Below, piece after piece: positions 24,620-36,439 of a stretch of 64,000 bases of DNA. The stretch is from Chiloscyllium plagiosum (lineage: Eukaryota), in NCBI RefSeq assembly GCF_004010195.1, contig NC_057749.1, positions 22,664,976 through 22,728,975 on the forward strand, in the 5' to 3' direction. Numbering within the stretch: position 1 is the first letter of the stretch; every line of letters begins with the position of its first letter. The translations under genes and the position numbers were made by a program. The notes under the pieces were generated by a model. The model searched no databases and was not told where the DNA came from. It worked only from the letters and a program-made list of their open reading frames with translations.

Positions 24620-27600
24620 TCTGAGGGACGTAATTAATATACACAAGAAAGACAGAAAAGGCTTGTACCAGTGGATGACCTACCAGTGGAAAGCCACAGC
24701 AACCAGGCCTTTGGCATTGAATCTAGCCCTATGGCTCAGAAGGGAAGTGGGGAGAATATGGGAGTGATAGTGATAGGAGATTCATTGGTTAGGGGACAGA
24801 CAAGAGATTCGGTGGACGCGAGCAAGACTCCCGGATGGTATGTTGCCTCCCAGGTGCCAGGGTCAGGGATATCTTGAGTCTATGGCATTCGTAAAGGGGA
24901 AGATGAGCAGCCAGAAGTTGTGGTACATGTTGGTACCAAAGACATAGCTAGGAAAAGGGATAAGGTCATGAAAAGTGAGTTATGGAGTTAGGAAGGAAGC
25001 TAAAAAGAAGGGCCTCAAGGAAGTAACCTCAGGGTTGCCGCTTGTGCTACTTGATATTGAGGGCAAGAATAGGAGGATATGGCAGACAAATGCGTGGCTG
25101 AAGACTTGGTGCAGGAGGCAGGGTTTCAGATTTGTGGATCATTGGGTTCTCTTCTGACCTGTACAAAAGGGACAGGTTACACCTGAACTCGAGGGGGACC
25201 AACATCCTTGCAGACAGGTTTGCCAGAGCTATTGGGGAAGCTTGAAGCTAGGTTGGCAGGGAGGTGGGAACCAGAGCGTCAGGTCAGAAGATGCAGCAGT
25301 TGGTGTACAGACAGATGCAACGAGCAGAGAGACTGTGAGAAAGGGTAGACTAAAATGGCAAGAGTGTGGGAGAGCAGCCAGAAAGGCAGAAGGAAACAAT
25401 GTAGAGACCAGAGCATGAGTGAGAAAAGAAAAAAGTAAAATTGGGTGACAGTATCATATGCAAAAGACAGGGAGATTACTAGATTCTAAAGGAACAATGG
25501 GTATAAGTGCAATTTATCTGAGGGCCCGTAGAATTCCAAACAAAGTTGATGAACTTGTTGTGCAAATCAGCACAAAGGGATATGATTTAGTTGCCATTAC
25601 AGAAACATGGTAGCAGGGTGGTAATGACTGGGAATTGAATATCCAAGGATATCAGGTTATTAGGAAGGATAGGCAGGAAGGTAAGGGAGGTAGGGTCATG
25701 TTCTTAATGAAGGATGTGATTAGGGTGATAGGGAGATACAAAATAGGATCTAAGGAACAAAATGTTGAATTCATTTTGGTGGAGATCTGGAATAGAAAGG
25801 GGAAGAAGTCACTGGTGGGAGTAGTCTGTTGACTACCCAATAATAATGCTACAATGGCACAGGCGATCAATCAAGAAACATCTGACGCACGTAAGAATGG
25901 AATGGCAGTAGGCATGGGGGACTTTAACATTGATTGGCTGAATCAAGTCGGTAGAGGAAGTCTTGAAGTGGAGTACATAGAACTCATCCATGATAACTTT
26001 CTTAAACAGCATTTTACCAAACCGACAAGGGAGCGTGCAATATTAGATCTGGTCCTGTGTAATGAGACAGGTAAAATGAATGATTTCATAGTTAAGGATC
26101 CTCTATGGTGGAATTTCAGGTCCAAATGGAGGGTGAAACAGTGTAATCTAAAACCAGGATATTATGCTTAAACAAGGGAGACTATAATGAGATGCGGAAG
26201 GAGTTGGCTAAATTAGACTGGGAACATAAGTTTTATGGTGAAACAGTTGAGAAACAGTGGAGGACTTTCAAAGAGATTTTTCACAGTGATCAAGGAAAGT
26301 ATATTCCGGTCAAAAACAAGGATAGCAAGGGCAGGAAGAGCCAGTTTTGGATAACCAAGGAAATAAAGGAAGGCATCCAATTAAAAGCTCAGGCTTACAA
26401 AGAAGGCAAGAGTTGTGGGAAACAGGAAGATTGGGAAAACTTTAAAAGCATCAAAGAACCACGAAGCAAGAAATAAAGAAAGAAAAGATAGATTATGAAG
26501 GCAAACTAGCATAGAATATAAAACCAGGGAGGAAATGTTTTTATAAATAAATAAGAAAAGGGTGGCTGAAGTAGTCGTGGGTCCCTTGCAGGATGAGAAC
26601 GGGGAATTAATGTTGAGGGTAATACTGAAATGGCTGAGGCCTTGAGTAACTATTTTGTCATGATGTGGAGGAGCTGGTGTTGGACTGGGGTGTACAAAGT
26701 TAAAACTCACACAACACCAGGTTATAGTCCAATAGTTTTATTTGGAAGCACTTGCTTTCGGAGCACTGCTCCTTCATCAGGTGTTGGGCCTGTAACTGTT
26801 CATATTTTATATATATATATATATATAAAAATGATTTGGAAGAGGAGACTGAGTGTAACATATCCAAGTTTGCCGATGACACTAAATTGAGTGGAAAGGC
26901 AAACTCTACAGAGGATGTGGACGGTCTGCAGAGAGATAGAGATAGAGATAGGTTAAGTGAATGGGAAAGGGTCTAGCAGATGGAATACAACGTTGGTAAA
27001 CATGAGGTTATCCATTTTGTAAGTAAACATAGTAGCCCAGAGTATTATTTAAATGGTGAAAGATTGCAGCATGCTGTTGTGCAGAGGGACTTAGGAGTTC
27101 TCGTACATGAATTGCTAATAGTTGATTTGCAGGTGCAACAAATAATCAGGAAAGCACACAGAATATTGGCTTCCATTGCTAAAGGGATTGAATTTAAGAG
27201 CAGGGAGGTTCTGCTGCAATTGTACAAGGTGTTGGTGAGACCGCACCTGGAGTATTATGTGCAGTTCTGTCTCCTTACTTGAGGAAGGATATACTGACTT
27301 TGGAGGTGGTGAAGAGGCGGGTCACCAGGTTAATTCCGGAGGTGAGGAGGATTACCCCATGAGGGGAGATTGAGCCGCCTGGGACTGTACTTGCTAGAAT
27401 TTAGAGGGAGAGGGGATTTTACAGAAACTTTATAGAAAATTATGAATGGAATAGACAAGACAGAGGCAGGCAAGTTGTTTCCGCTGGTGGGTGAGACTAG
27501 GACTAGGGGGCATGGCCTCAAGATTAGGGGGAGTAGATTTAGGACAGAGATGAGGAGGAGCTGCATTTTCCAGAGAGTAGGGAATCTATGGAATTCTCTG

Positions 27601-27800
27601 CCCAAGGAAGCGGTAGGGACAGCTTCATTAAATATATTCAAGAGACAGTTGGATGTGTTTTTGCGTGGTAGGGGAATGAAGGATTATGGGGACAATTCAG
27701 GTAGGAGGAGCTGAGATGGTAGATAGATCAGCCATGATCTTAACGACTGGGGGAGCAGGCTCAACGGGCCAAATGGCTTACTCCAGCTTCTATTATGATG
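24620..27800 (+). mobile_element. Long CR1 LINE: ORF1 SGNH/GDSL esterase, ORF2 APE endonuclease and RT C-terminus; internally deleted and pseudogenised
   Basis: VIVIGDSLVRG and VVVHVGTKD (esterase); AITETW, RKDRQEGKGGRV, MGDFNIDW, ILDLVLCNE (APE); SKFADDTKL, RPHLEYYVQF, TRGHGLKI. Confidence 0.92.
26661..26783 (-). mobile_element. Single family-B PLE terminal repeat inside CR1 ORF2
   Basis: ggtgttggactggggtgtacaaagttaaaactcacacaacacc...ccttcatcaggtg; HHR core 26749-26783 with mutated cleavage triplet (CAA). Confidence 0.85.
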
Positions 27801-28054
27801 ATATTAAATATATAACTCGGTAACATAGACCAGAAGCAACTTAGTAAGTTGACTCTTGCTGAAGAAAACAGCATATGATGACATATCTTTCGAAATCAGC
27901 CAGCAAATTCAAAGCTGTGATTCTCCAGCGTATGCTGGTTGATTTACATACTCCAATGCTTGTTTGGTAGAAATCACAGCTCAACTTAGACTCCCTGCTA
28001 TAATTAATGAGCTGCAAGTTTGTATATAGCTTACCCATTCAACACATAGACTTC

Positions 28055-28205
28055 ATAGAATCCGAACAGTGTAGGTAGAGGCCATTTGGCCTATTGAGTC
28101 TGCACTGACCCTCTGAAGCACATTCCACCCTCCATCCTATCCCCGTTAACCCACATTTCCCATGACTAACCCACCTAATCTGCACATCCCTGGACACGAC
28201 GGGGT
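28055..28205 (-). mobile_element. HE1-type SINE 3' fragment
   Basis: Family motifs. Confidence 0.7.
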
Positions 28206-30173
28206 AACTGACCACAGAAAGTTAGGGTAGACCGTAATAGTGCAAATCCATTAATGATGTATTAGCACAGTGTTGGTACATTGGTAATCACTCTCTATGG
28301 TCTAGAAATGGAACAATCTCCTTCTTTCAGGCAGTAAGCTGGCTTTAGAGATTTTTAAAATGCCAAATCTAATTTGGTTTTATTTTTCTATTTTGTCTCT
28401 ATTTTTCTCTCTCAATTTAATCTTTCGTCCCCTTAATTTCTCCTTCTCCTCCTGACTTAGTTGTGAATTTACCGCATTTCCTTTTCCACGCTACTTCTAG
28501 GTACGTAGTAACCCTCGGTTAAGATGACAAATTGTGGATGCTACCATGCACTGAGTCGCTGGTGTCCTCCAGGAGTTGAGCAGCATCAATTCCTGGGGGA
28601 TCAGTAGGCCCCCGCTCTTTCCTTGGGATTGATTCATTGACTCCAGTTTATCTTAGCACTGACTTACTCGTAATGGCAAAAAGGACACAGCAAGCATTGC
28701 AGAACTGACAAAGCCTTTAGCAGCTATAAATCTTACACTAAATTCCCCGCTGTGTTTGCTTTCCTTGTCTTCACCAGCACAATGTCAACAAGATGGCAAA
28801 TTCCTCAAACTCTTGATGAAACAGAATTAGATCTCAACAAACGAATGCAGTAAATTATCCAACAGTCTTATATTCCCTCAGAACATTCCAATCCTGGCTG
28901 GAAAAAGTCAGGCTAAACAAACTGCATACCACATCCTGTGGAAAATAAAGAATGAGGATCCTTAATTTCTTCGTCACAATCAAATCTCATTATCTGACTT
29001 TATCACAGCTGAATTTATCTCACCAGTATGAGCATGATGACCAGTATAAAAACCTCTGATTATGTCACCCACCCTGGTTAAAGACACTGTGGTTGCTGTA
29101 AAATCTTTAATCTGTGCACTGAACTTCATTATGTGTCCTTCAAATGCAATTTACCCATCGCCCACTGTGATCACTGACATACTTTGCCTCTAGGTCTGGC
29201 AACACTTTGAAATTCTCATCCAAATTTTTCAAATCCCTACACAGTCTGATTGTTCCCTGACTCTGCAACCTCCTTCAGACCCACAACTGTCCGGGATCGC
29301 TGCGCTCCCACAGTTCTGAACCTGCGATTCTATACCAGCTCACATTTGACAGTCATCCCTGGGAACTGAAGTCTGGAGTTCCCTCTTGACCTCTCTACCT
29401 CTGCTTCCTCCTTTATGATGCTTCTAAAAACTGATCCCTTTGACATGAGTTTTTGTGCATTCACCCTATGACCTCCTTATGTGGCTGAACGTCAAATGCA
29501 ACTGAAATGATTAATAACAGTTGCAACTCTATGCAAGAAAAAACCTCCTCTCCAAACCTAGCATCCTGCTTTCATGTTGCTGTAACTTTGCACCATTAGC
29601 TGAGATATATAAACAAATAAAACAATGCAATGAATTAGGAAAAGGAGTTGGCCCTTTAGTTCCACAATCAGAATTTGGCAGATCTAATTGTGGCCACGAC
29701 TCTACATCCCTACCTGCCTCTGATAACCCTCCATCTCTTTGCTGGTCAATAATCCATTTGTTTCAATACTCAATGACCCACTGCTTCCGGGGAAGATTGT
29801 TCTCAAAACCCACAACATTCCCAGAGAAGAAAGGGTTCTCCTCATCTCAATCTTAAATGAGAGACCACTTGAGCAAGGAAACCTCAGGGACACAAACGGT
29901 TCCTGGCCTTTGTAAAAGAGGGATACATCAGTCAAACAATGGGCTGAATTTTCCCAGAAATCGATCAGCTTCATGGAGCATTTCTCTTCAAGGAATACTG
30001 CTCACGTTCTCTTCCCCAACTCACAACATTGCCTATGTACCACACCCCTACGGTACCAATCTTGTCATGTCTTCCCTCTCACCATAGGCAGTGCACTGTA
30101 CGTAAATTAACACTGGGGTGTCATGGTGGCTCAGTGATCAGCACTGCTGCCTCGCAGTGCCAGGAACATGGGT

Positions 30174-30389
30174 TTGATTCTTAGGGTAAAAACACGGACT
30201 GCAGATGCTGGAAACCAGAGTCTAGATTAGGGTGGTGCTGGAAAAGCACAGCAGATCAGGCAGCATCCGAGGAGCTGGAAAATTGACGTTTCGGGCAAAA
30301 GCCCTTCAAAACATCGATTTTCCTGCTCCTTGGATGCTGCCTGACCTGCTGTGCTTTTCCAGCACCACTCTAATCTTGATTCTTAGGGT
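30174..30389. mobile_element. Palindromic PLE-derived mini-element, family A
   Basis: Inverted arms (agattagggtggtgctggaaaagcacagcag / ctgctgtgcttttccagcaccactctaatct); perfect 14-bp TSD ttgattcttagggt at 30174-30187 and 30376-30389. Confidence 0.88.
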
Positions 30390-30398
30390 GACTGTCTG

Positions 30399-30973
30399 TG
30401 TTACCAAAAAGGTTATTTTGTCCTTAATTTTTTTGAAAAGAGGTAAAAAAGGTAGAGGTGTCTGAAGAGTCTGGGAGTAACAGCTAAACAATGGAAGAGG
30501 AGTGTATAGTTCTCCCAGTTCAAGTTTTTCTCAGTTTGTTTTTGCTGTAGCAGTCACAAGATGTGTGAGTCCAGGGGAGTTGCAATCTTCAGTAAAGGAT
30601 TCCTCGGACTTTCTCTGAAATCTCTCTCTGCATGTTGTTCCCTCCTGCCTGTAAGAATCTATGTTTGAATTTACCTTTTTGCCAAGGGGTGTGTTTATGG
30701 GATGTTACTATGTTGAAACAGTTAATTAGTAGTAGTTACTGTATTGGGTTGATTAAGTTTTCCTATAGTTAAGTTATTCTAAATTCCATTTTCCTTTGTT
30801 GGCATTTCAACTGTAGTGTTGAAATAAATTGTGCTTTGATTAAAGCCAAGTGGTTTGACCAGTTGCATCACACCTGGAACACCCACTTCACATCTGCCTT
30901 TAAAATAAGAAAATGTTAGTGTCTAGGCTACCTCCTTAAATATTTTGAGAAGGGCCTGGCCTGGTTCATAACA
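30399..30973 (+). mobile_element. Solo LTR (Gypsy-type)
   Basis: TGTTA...TAACA termini, internal AATAAA near 30823, cleanly interrupts a SINE; no internal domain. Confidence 0.75.
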
Positions 30974-32052
30974 GTGTGGAGTTTGCACGTTCTCCCTGTG
31001 TCTGTGTGGGTTTCCTGCAGGTACTCCAGTTTCCTCCCAAAGACGTGCAGGTTAGGTCGATTGGCTGTGGGAAATGCAGGATAGCAGGGATAGAACTTGC
31101 ATCTGGGTGGGATGCCCTTCAGAGGGTTGGTGTGGACTCAATGGGCTGAACAGCCTACCTCCACACTGAAGGGATTCTATGATTCTAAAAAGGTGGAGAT
31201 GTATAGGCTCACTATTGTAACATCTTCCCTCACTTGCTCTCACCCACCCAATTTCCCCACACCACTAACCCCTGCATCTGCCTACTTTTTCATTTGGGAC
31301 ACCTCACAGCATATCCCCCTACCTGCTAACAGCTGGGCCATCCATTTTCATCTCACTCAATCCCTTCCTTTGTCTCATTCCAGTGGAAATAGGGCAGGAA
31401 GAAACCAAACTGGATGGTGGGGTGCTCAACATTTGGCCTCTCAGCCCCTGTATGGAGAGGATCCTAACCACAGGGTCCATTAGTTGAATATCCATCCCCA
31501 AATAGACTCCCTTGGCTGACTGATGATTGCCCCACTTCTGCTTGGTGCCATTTGGTTTAAGCACCTGCAAGTGTGTTTATCTCAGTCATGCTCCAGGGAT
31601 GAGATTGATGTAGCATCCTGACATACAGCAATATGTCTACACCCTGACTGATGGCTGTTGACGACAATGACAAGCTGCCTAGCTTTGTGTCTGTGCTACC
31701 GAGCAAGTCAGAACTGAAGTGCTATGGGCCTTTCAGCTCTGGCTGAGGGGTGGGGTGGGGAGAGCAAAGTGGAAAGGCAGTCCAAAACACACAGGACAGA
31801 GATGATGGGAGCATCTAGGTAGGCACGAGTAAGCAATGAGAGAGCAAGAGAGGTGATCCTCTGAGATGTATTCTGGTCGAATGCATGAGATGGTTGCCTG
31901 TCCCCAGTGGACAAAATCTCCTGGCAATAGGGTGCAGGAGCACTCAGTAAGTCAGGGGAGACACCTTTCAGTCAGGAAGTGAATCTTCAGTGGCTAGGAA
32001 GATTTCATTCAATGTATTCCCAAGGGAAATTGGTGACCCAACTAATTCATTC

Positions 32053-32257
32053 TGACAAGAGTGATTTCTGTCAATGAACAAGCCACTAATGTTAATCGTG
32101 ATGCCCAGGTAAGTGTCATTATATTATGAAATTGTGTACCATACATGAAAAAAAACTGTTCACAGCCTTCAACAGTGCAACTACATGGTCCAGGAGGTAT
32201 ACTACTTAAGATTATGGTTATGCTACCAGCAACTCTGCAAAACAAAGGTTATTCAAG
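32053..32257 (+). mobile_element. Remnant aspartic-protease region of an older Gypsy element (host of the Gmr1 insertion)
   Basis: Manual translation VISVNEQATNVNRDAQVSVI (degenerate ...KLDTGAQVSVI) and QPSTVQLHGPGGILLKIM; EEKIYV follows after 38880. Confidence 0.5.
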
Positions 32258-32957
32258 TGTTATGAGGATGTAGAAGTGTACTGTACCTTTAAGGCAGTTG
32301 CGGACTTAGTAAGCACACTGAGTGCTGGAGAATTTACAATGTAATATTTGGTTCAGAACAGATAGCACTGGCTGAGTTGCTATGAGGCAAAAACAAATTT
32401 GAATTTGGCCAAGCAGTTTAAATTATACCCTGAAAATACTAAATCCCAATCAAGTTTGAATTGAATATATTGACAATCTTAAAAACCAATGACACAATCT
32501 GATGCTTTGTGGGTATAAGACCGGGGAGGATTGGACAGTTGAGAGGAGAACTGCCTAGCCAGCATGTAGATCTGCCCAAAAAATAGCTCTCTTAAAGGTC
32601 CCTTTATCGATCAGTAACCTGTGAAACAGAATCCCTAAGAAGAAGAAAAGAAGACAAGGATACAGAGAAGAACTGGAAGCTGCCTGGTTTTGAGATAAAA
32701 AGTTCTGTTTTGTAAATCTTACTTGGGGTTTTTTTTGGACTAGTATTGTAGAAGGGGAAGTTAAAAGATAGGTTAGCGGAAGGAGTTGCAAATAGGTGTC
32801 CGTTCATTATTCTCTGTTATACTTTAAGAAATAAAGCTGTTATTTTTACTTTAACTGGCTCTTGGCCTATTGAATTTTCACAAATTACTGCATGGGATAA
32901 ATATTTTCTGTGTTGCTGGGTTAAAATAAATAGGATGGTTCACCCCATGTTGTAACA
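32258..32957 (+). repeat. 5' LTR
   Basis: TGTTATGA...TGTAACA; colinear with 38195-38877; AATAAA near 32829. Confidence 0.95.
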
Positions 32958-32960
32958 GTA

Positions 32961-32978
32961 TGGGGGCTCGTCCGGGTT
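32961..32978 (+). promoter_or_regulatory. Primer-binding site, tRNA-Pro
   Basis: TGGGGGCTCGTCCGGGtT matches the complement of the tRNA-Pro 3' end (TGGGGGCTCGTCCGGGAT), 3 nt after the LTR. Confidence 0.92.
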
Positions 32979-33134
32979 TTGAACTGGTTTAGACAAATTT
33001 GAATAGATTTGGAGATATGAAAAATCCCAGAAGATTTAAACATTTGCAGGTTAGTATGCTAGATCTTTAAATAAAACAAAGGTGAGAAAATGTGTTTAAT
33101 TTCAATGACTTGTAATTAATTAAAAGTGAGAGAA

Positions 33135-34400
33135 ATGGCTCTTAAAATTGCTAAAGAAGTTCTAGGATTTGAAGATGATTCTCAAATTTGCCAAGAAACA
33201 TTAGAAGGAAAGAAAAAAGCCATACTTTTAGAATTAGCAAATAAGTTAGATTTGGGTTTAACCAAGGGCAAAAATAAAGCTGAAATTGTAAGGGAGTTAC
33301 TCAAACAGTTAGGTGTGTCAGAGAAACAGACAAGTGCAGTACAGGTAGAAAAACTGAAATTAGAATTGCAGAAAGTGGAGTTAGCAGATAAACAAAGAGA
33401 AAGAGGAAAGACAGAGGGAGAGACAAAAGGAAATGGAGAGAAGAAAGAGAAAGAGAGAGAGAAAGAGAGAGAGGAAAAAGAGAGAGAGAAGGTTCATGGC
33501 TGAGCAAAGCGAGAGAGAAGAAAGGGAGAGAGAGAGAGAAGAGAGAGAGAGGGGGGGAAAGAGAGAGAAAGTTCTTAACTGAGTAAAAAGAGAGAGACTT
33601 TAAACGTGAGAAGCCGTGACTTAGTCAGCAAAGTCAAGTTAACAGATGGAGATTATAAGAGAAGACATACATAAATATGTCAAAACTCTGCCACATTTTG
33701 ATGAGAAAGATTAAGACTTCCTTATTTCATTTGAAAAACTGGTTGGGCAGGAGTGGGCGGAAGATTTATGGGTAATGCTCGTTCAGACTAAACTGCTAGA
33801 CAGAGCTCGTGAGGTATTTGTTGCGCTGTCAGATGAAGTGTCAAGAGATTATGAAGAGGTTAAACATGTTAGATTAAGTGTTTATGAATTGGCACCAGAA
33901 ACGTATAGACAGCAGTTGAGAAACAAAAGAAGGAACCAGGTCAGACTGATGCTGAGCTTGAAAGAATTAAACATAGTCATTTTGATAGATGGGTATGTGC
34001 TTTGACAATAGATAAGATCTTTGAGGCTCAAAGAGAGATTATTCTGCTGGAGGAGTTTAAAAACTCACTTCCAGAGATGGTAAGAATTCACGTGGAGGAA
34101 CAGAAAGTTCAGGGAGTGAGAAGGACAATAGAATTAGCAGATGAAAACATGTTGGTCCATAAGACAAGCTTCTGGCCAGAATTTCATCCTGTGAAGGATA
34201 CAAGTTGATAAAAAGGGAGATCCTACACTACGAAAGCAAGAGTTGAGCGCACTGGTAAGAATTTACCACACGTTAAAGAAGTCCAAGAAGGTCAAAAGGA
34301 GATAAAAGGCCTCAGATGTTTCCACTGTGGTAAAGTGAGACACGTAAAGTCACAGTGCTTGTCGTTAAAGAAAGACACTGTGGTAAAAGATGTGGTAAAA
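33135..34400 (+). pseudogene. gag: gag (coiled coil, SCAN-like capsid domain, CCHC knuckle), disrupted
   Basis: MALKIAKEVLG start; EIILLEEFKNSLPEMVRIHVEEQK...IELADE; CFHCGKVRHVKSQC at 34317-34358. Confidence 0.88.
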
Positions 34401-34519
34401 GATGCTAAGCCAGTGGCATTAGTGAAAAGTAATAAAGGAGACCCCAAGATGAGCCGAGGAGCTGCAGGATAGTGCACAGCATAGACAGGGGCTGGGTATG
34501 GAGTTAGTACCTGATCTCT

Positions 34520-34790
34520 ACAAACAATTTGCCTCTGTGGGTAAAGTTTACCTAGAAAGAACAGCGGGAGAAGGATAAGAAGTTATAATTTTGAGAGACA
34601 CAGGATCTAACCAGTTGCTGTTAATTTGTGGGATAGATGGGCAGGAATTTAATGTTCCCCTATGTAAGATCAGGTTGGATGCCAACCCAAGAGTGGGGAA
34701 GTTACAGTGGGAGTGATTGACGGAGCGTCAGTTCCAGGAATTCAGTTTGTTCTTAGGAATGATTGAGCACGGTCCATAGCGCGAGTGACA
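34520..34790 (+). pseudogene. Retroviral-type aspartic protease, disrupted
   Basis: ILRDTGSNQ with DTG at 34597-34605. Confidence 0.8.
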
Positions 34791-35199
34791 CCCCTTGTTG
34801 TGGAGAAGCCCAAAGAAGACCAAGAAACTGAGGAGTTAAAACAGAAATATCCTGGTATTTTCCCAGAGTGTGTAAGAACCAGATCCCACTATCATAAGTC
34901 ACAGCACAGAGCAAAAACTAAAGAGAAAGGAGTTGAGGTTCAGTTAGCGGACACCCTGTTTGATGTAATGGTGCAGGAAAAACCTGAACAGGCAGAGGGC
35001 CAGGCAGAAGTGTTTAGTCCTGAAAGGCTAAGGGACTTGCAACAGCAAGATAAGGTGATAAAAGATATATATGTGGATGCGTACTCCGAAAAGGAGGCAG
35101 GGAATATTCTGGAGGGTTATTATCTGAAATATAAAATCCTAAGATGGAAATGGAGACCACAGCAGGTTAGTGTAGAGGAGAAATGGGCTAACGCGCACC

Positions 35200-36235
35200 A
35201 GATTGTGTTGCCGGTAGCACATGAACTGCCTGTAGGAGGTCACCTAGAGGTACGAAAGACTAAGGTTAAGGTACAAAAACATTTTTATTGGCCTTGAATG
35301 AACAAAGGTGTGGCTAACTTTTGCCATATGTGTCATACATGCCAAATGGTAAGTAAGCCATAGACGGCAATTAAACCAGCTCCTTTGTGGCCAATTCCCA
35401 CATTTGAAGAACCTTTCATGCGGGTTATAATTGATTGTCTAGGTCCCCTCCCGAGAACTAAAAGTGGGAGCCAGTACTTATTAACCATAATAGATGTGGC
35501 TACCAGGTTTTCGGAGACAATTCCATTATGGAGTATCAAGACAGTAAGGGTAGTAAAAGAGTTAGTAGCTTTCTTCACACAGTATGGGCTACCCAAAGAG
35601 ATTCAGATGGACCAATGGTCAAAACTTACTGCTAGGCTGTTTACGGAGGTCATGGATAGCTTAGGTATACAGCACTTTAAATCTAGTGCGTATCATCCTG
35701 AATCCCAGGGAGCTTTAGAAAGATGACATCAGACCTTGACGACAATGTTGAGAGCGTACTGTCAGGATTACCTAAATGACTGGGATAAAGGTATCTCATT
35801 CGTATTGTTTACCATTAGACATGACCAAAATGAATCGACTCAGTTCACTCCCTTTGAGTCAATATTGGTCATGAAGTGAGAGGCCACTTGAAATTAATGA
35901 AAGAAAAATTGACAGGACCATACTCAGAGGTGGCACACTTAGATTATGCATTGGAGGTGAGGGAGAGACTAAATCGAGTTAGCTAAACAGCACCTAAAGA
36001 AGGCACAGTGTGGAATGAAGCAGGTGGCAGATAAAAACTCTGAGATTCAGACTTCTCCAGAGGGGATAACGTGTTAGTACTGTTACCAGTGATAGGAGAT
36101 CCCTGCAAAGCCAGGTTTACTGGTCCCTGTCAAATTGAGAAAAAGTTGAGTCAGGTGAACTATTTAGTAAAGATGCCAGATGGGAAAAAATGGGGATTGG
36201 GTATGTCACGTGAACATGGTGAAACCATATTACAC
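35200..36235 (+). pseudogene. Integrase (HHCC zinc finger, DDE core, GPY/F), disrupted
   Basis: AHELPVGGHL...FYWP*...CHTCQ; IIDCLGPLP; YHPESQGALER; KARFTGPCQI. Confidence 0.92.
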
Positions 36236-36439
36236 TAGAGAGGAAGAGCTGGAGAAACAGGTGTTAGCTATTGCCTCACAGAGTGAGGAATCAAATCCAG
36301 ATGATGTGGATTTTTAAAAATAGATTCAAAAATGAAGAAGTCCTTGAGGAGGGGGATAGTTTGGTAAGCTATCTGTCTCAGGAACATAGAGCGCAGATGA
36401 AAGATTTGTAACTGCAGTATAAGGACATATGTAAGAATC

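Larger units (their letters stand above)
30115..31182 (+). mobile_element. HE1-type SINE split by a PLE palindrome and a solo LTR
   Basis: Head at 30115-30187, gactgtctg at 30390-30398, body resumes gtgtggagtttgcac at 30974. Confidence 0.85.
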
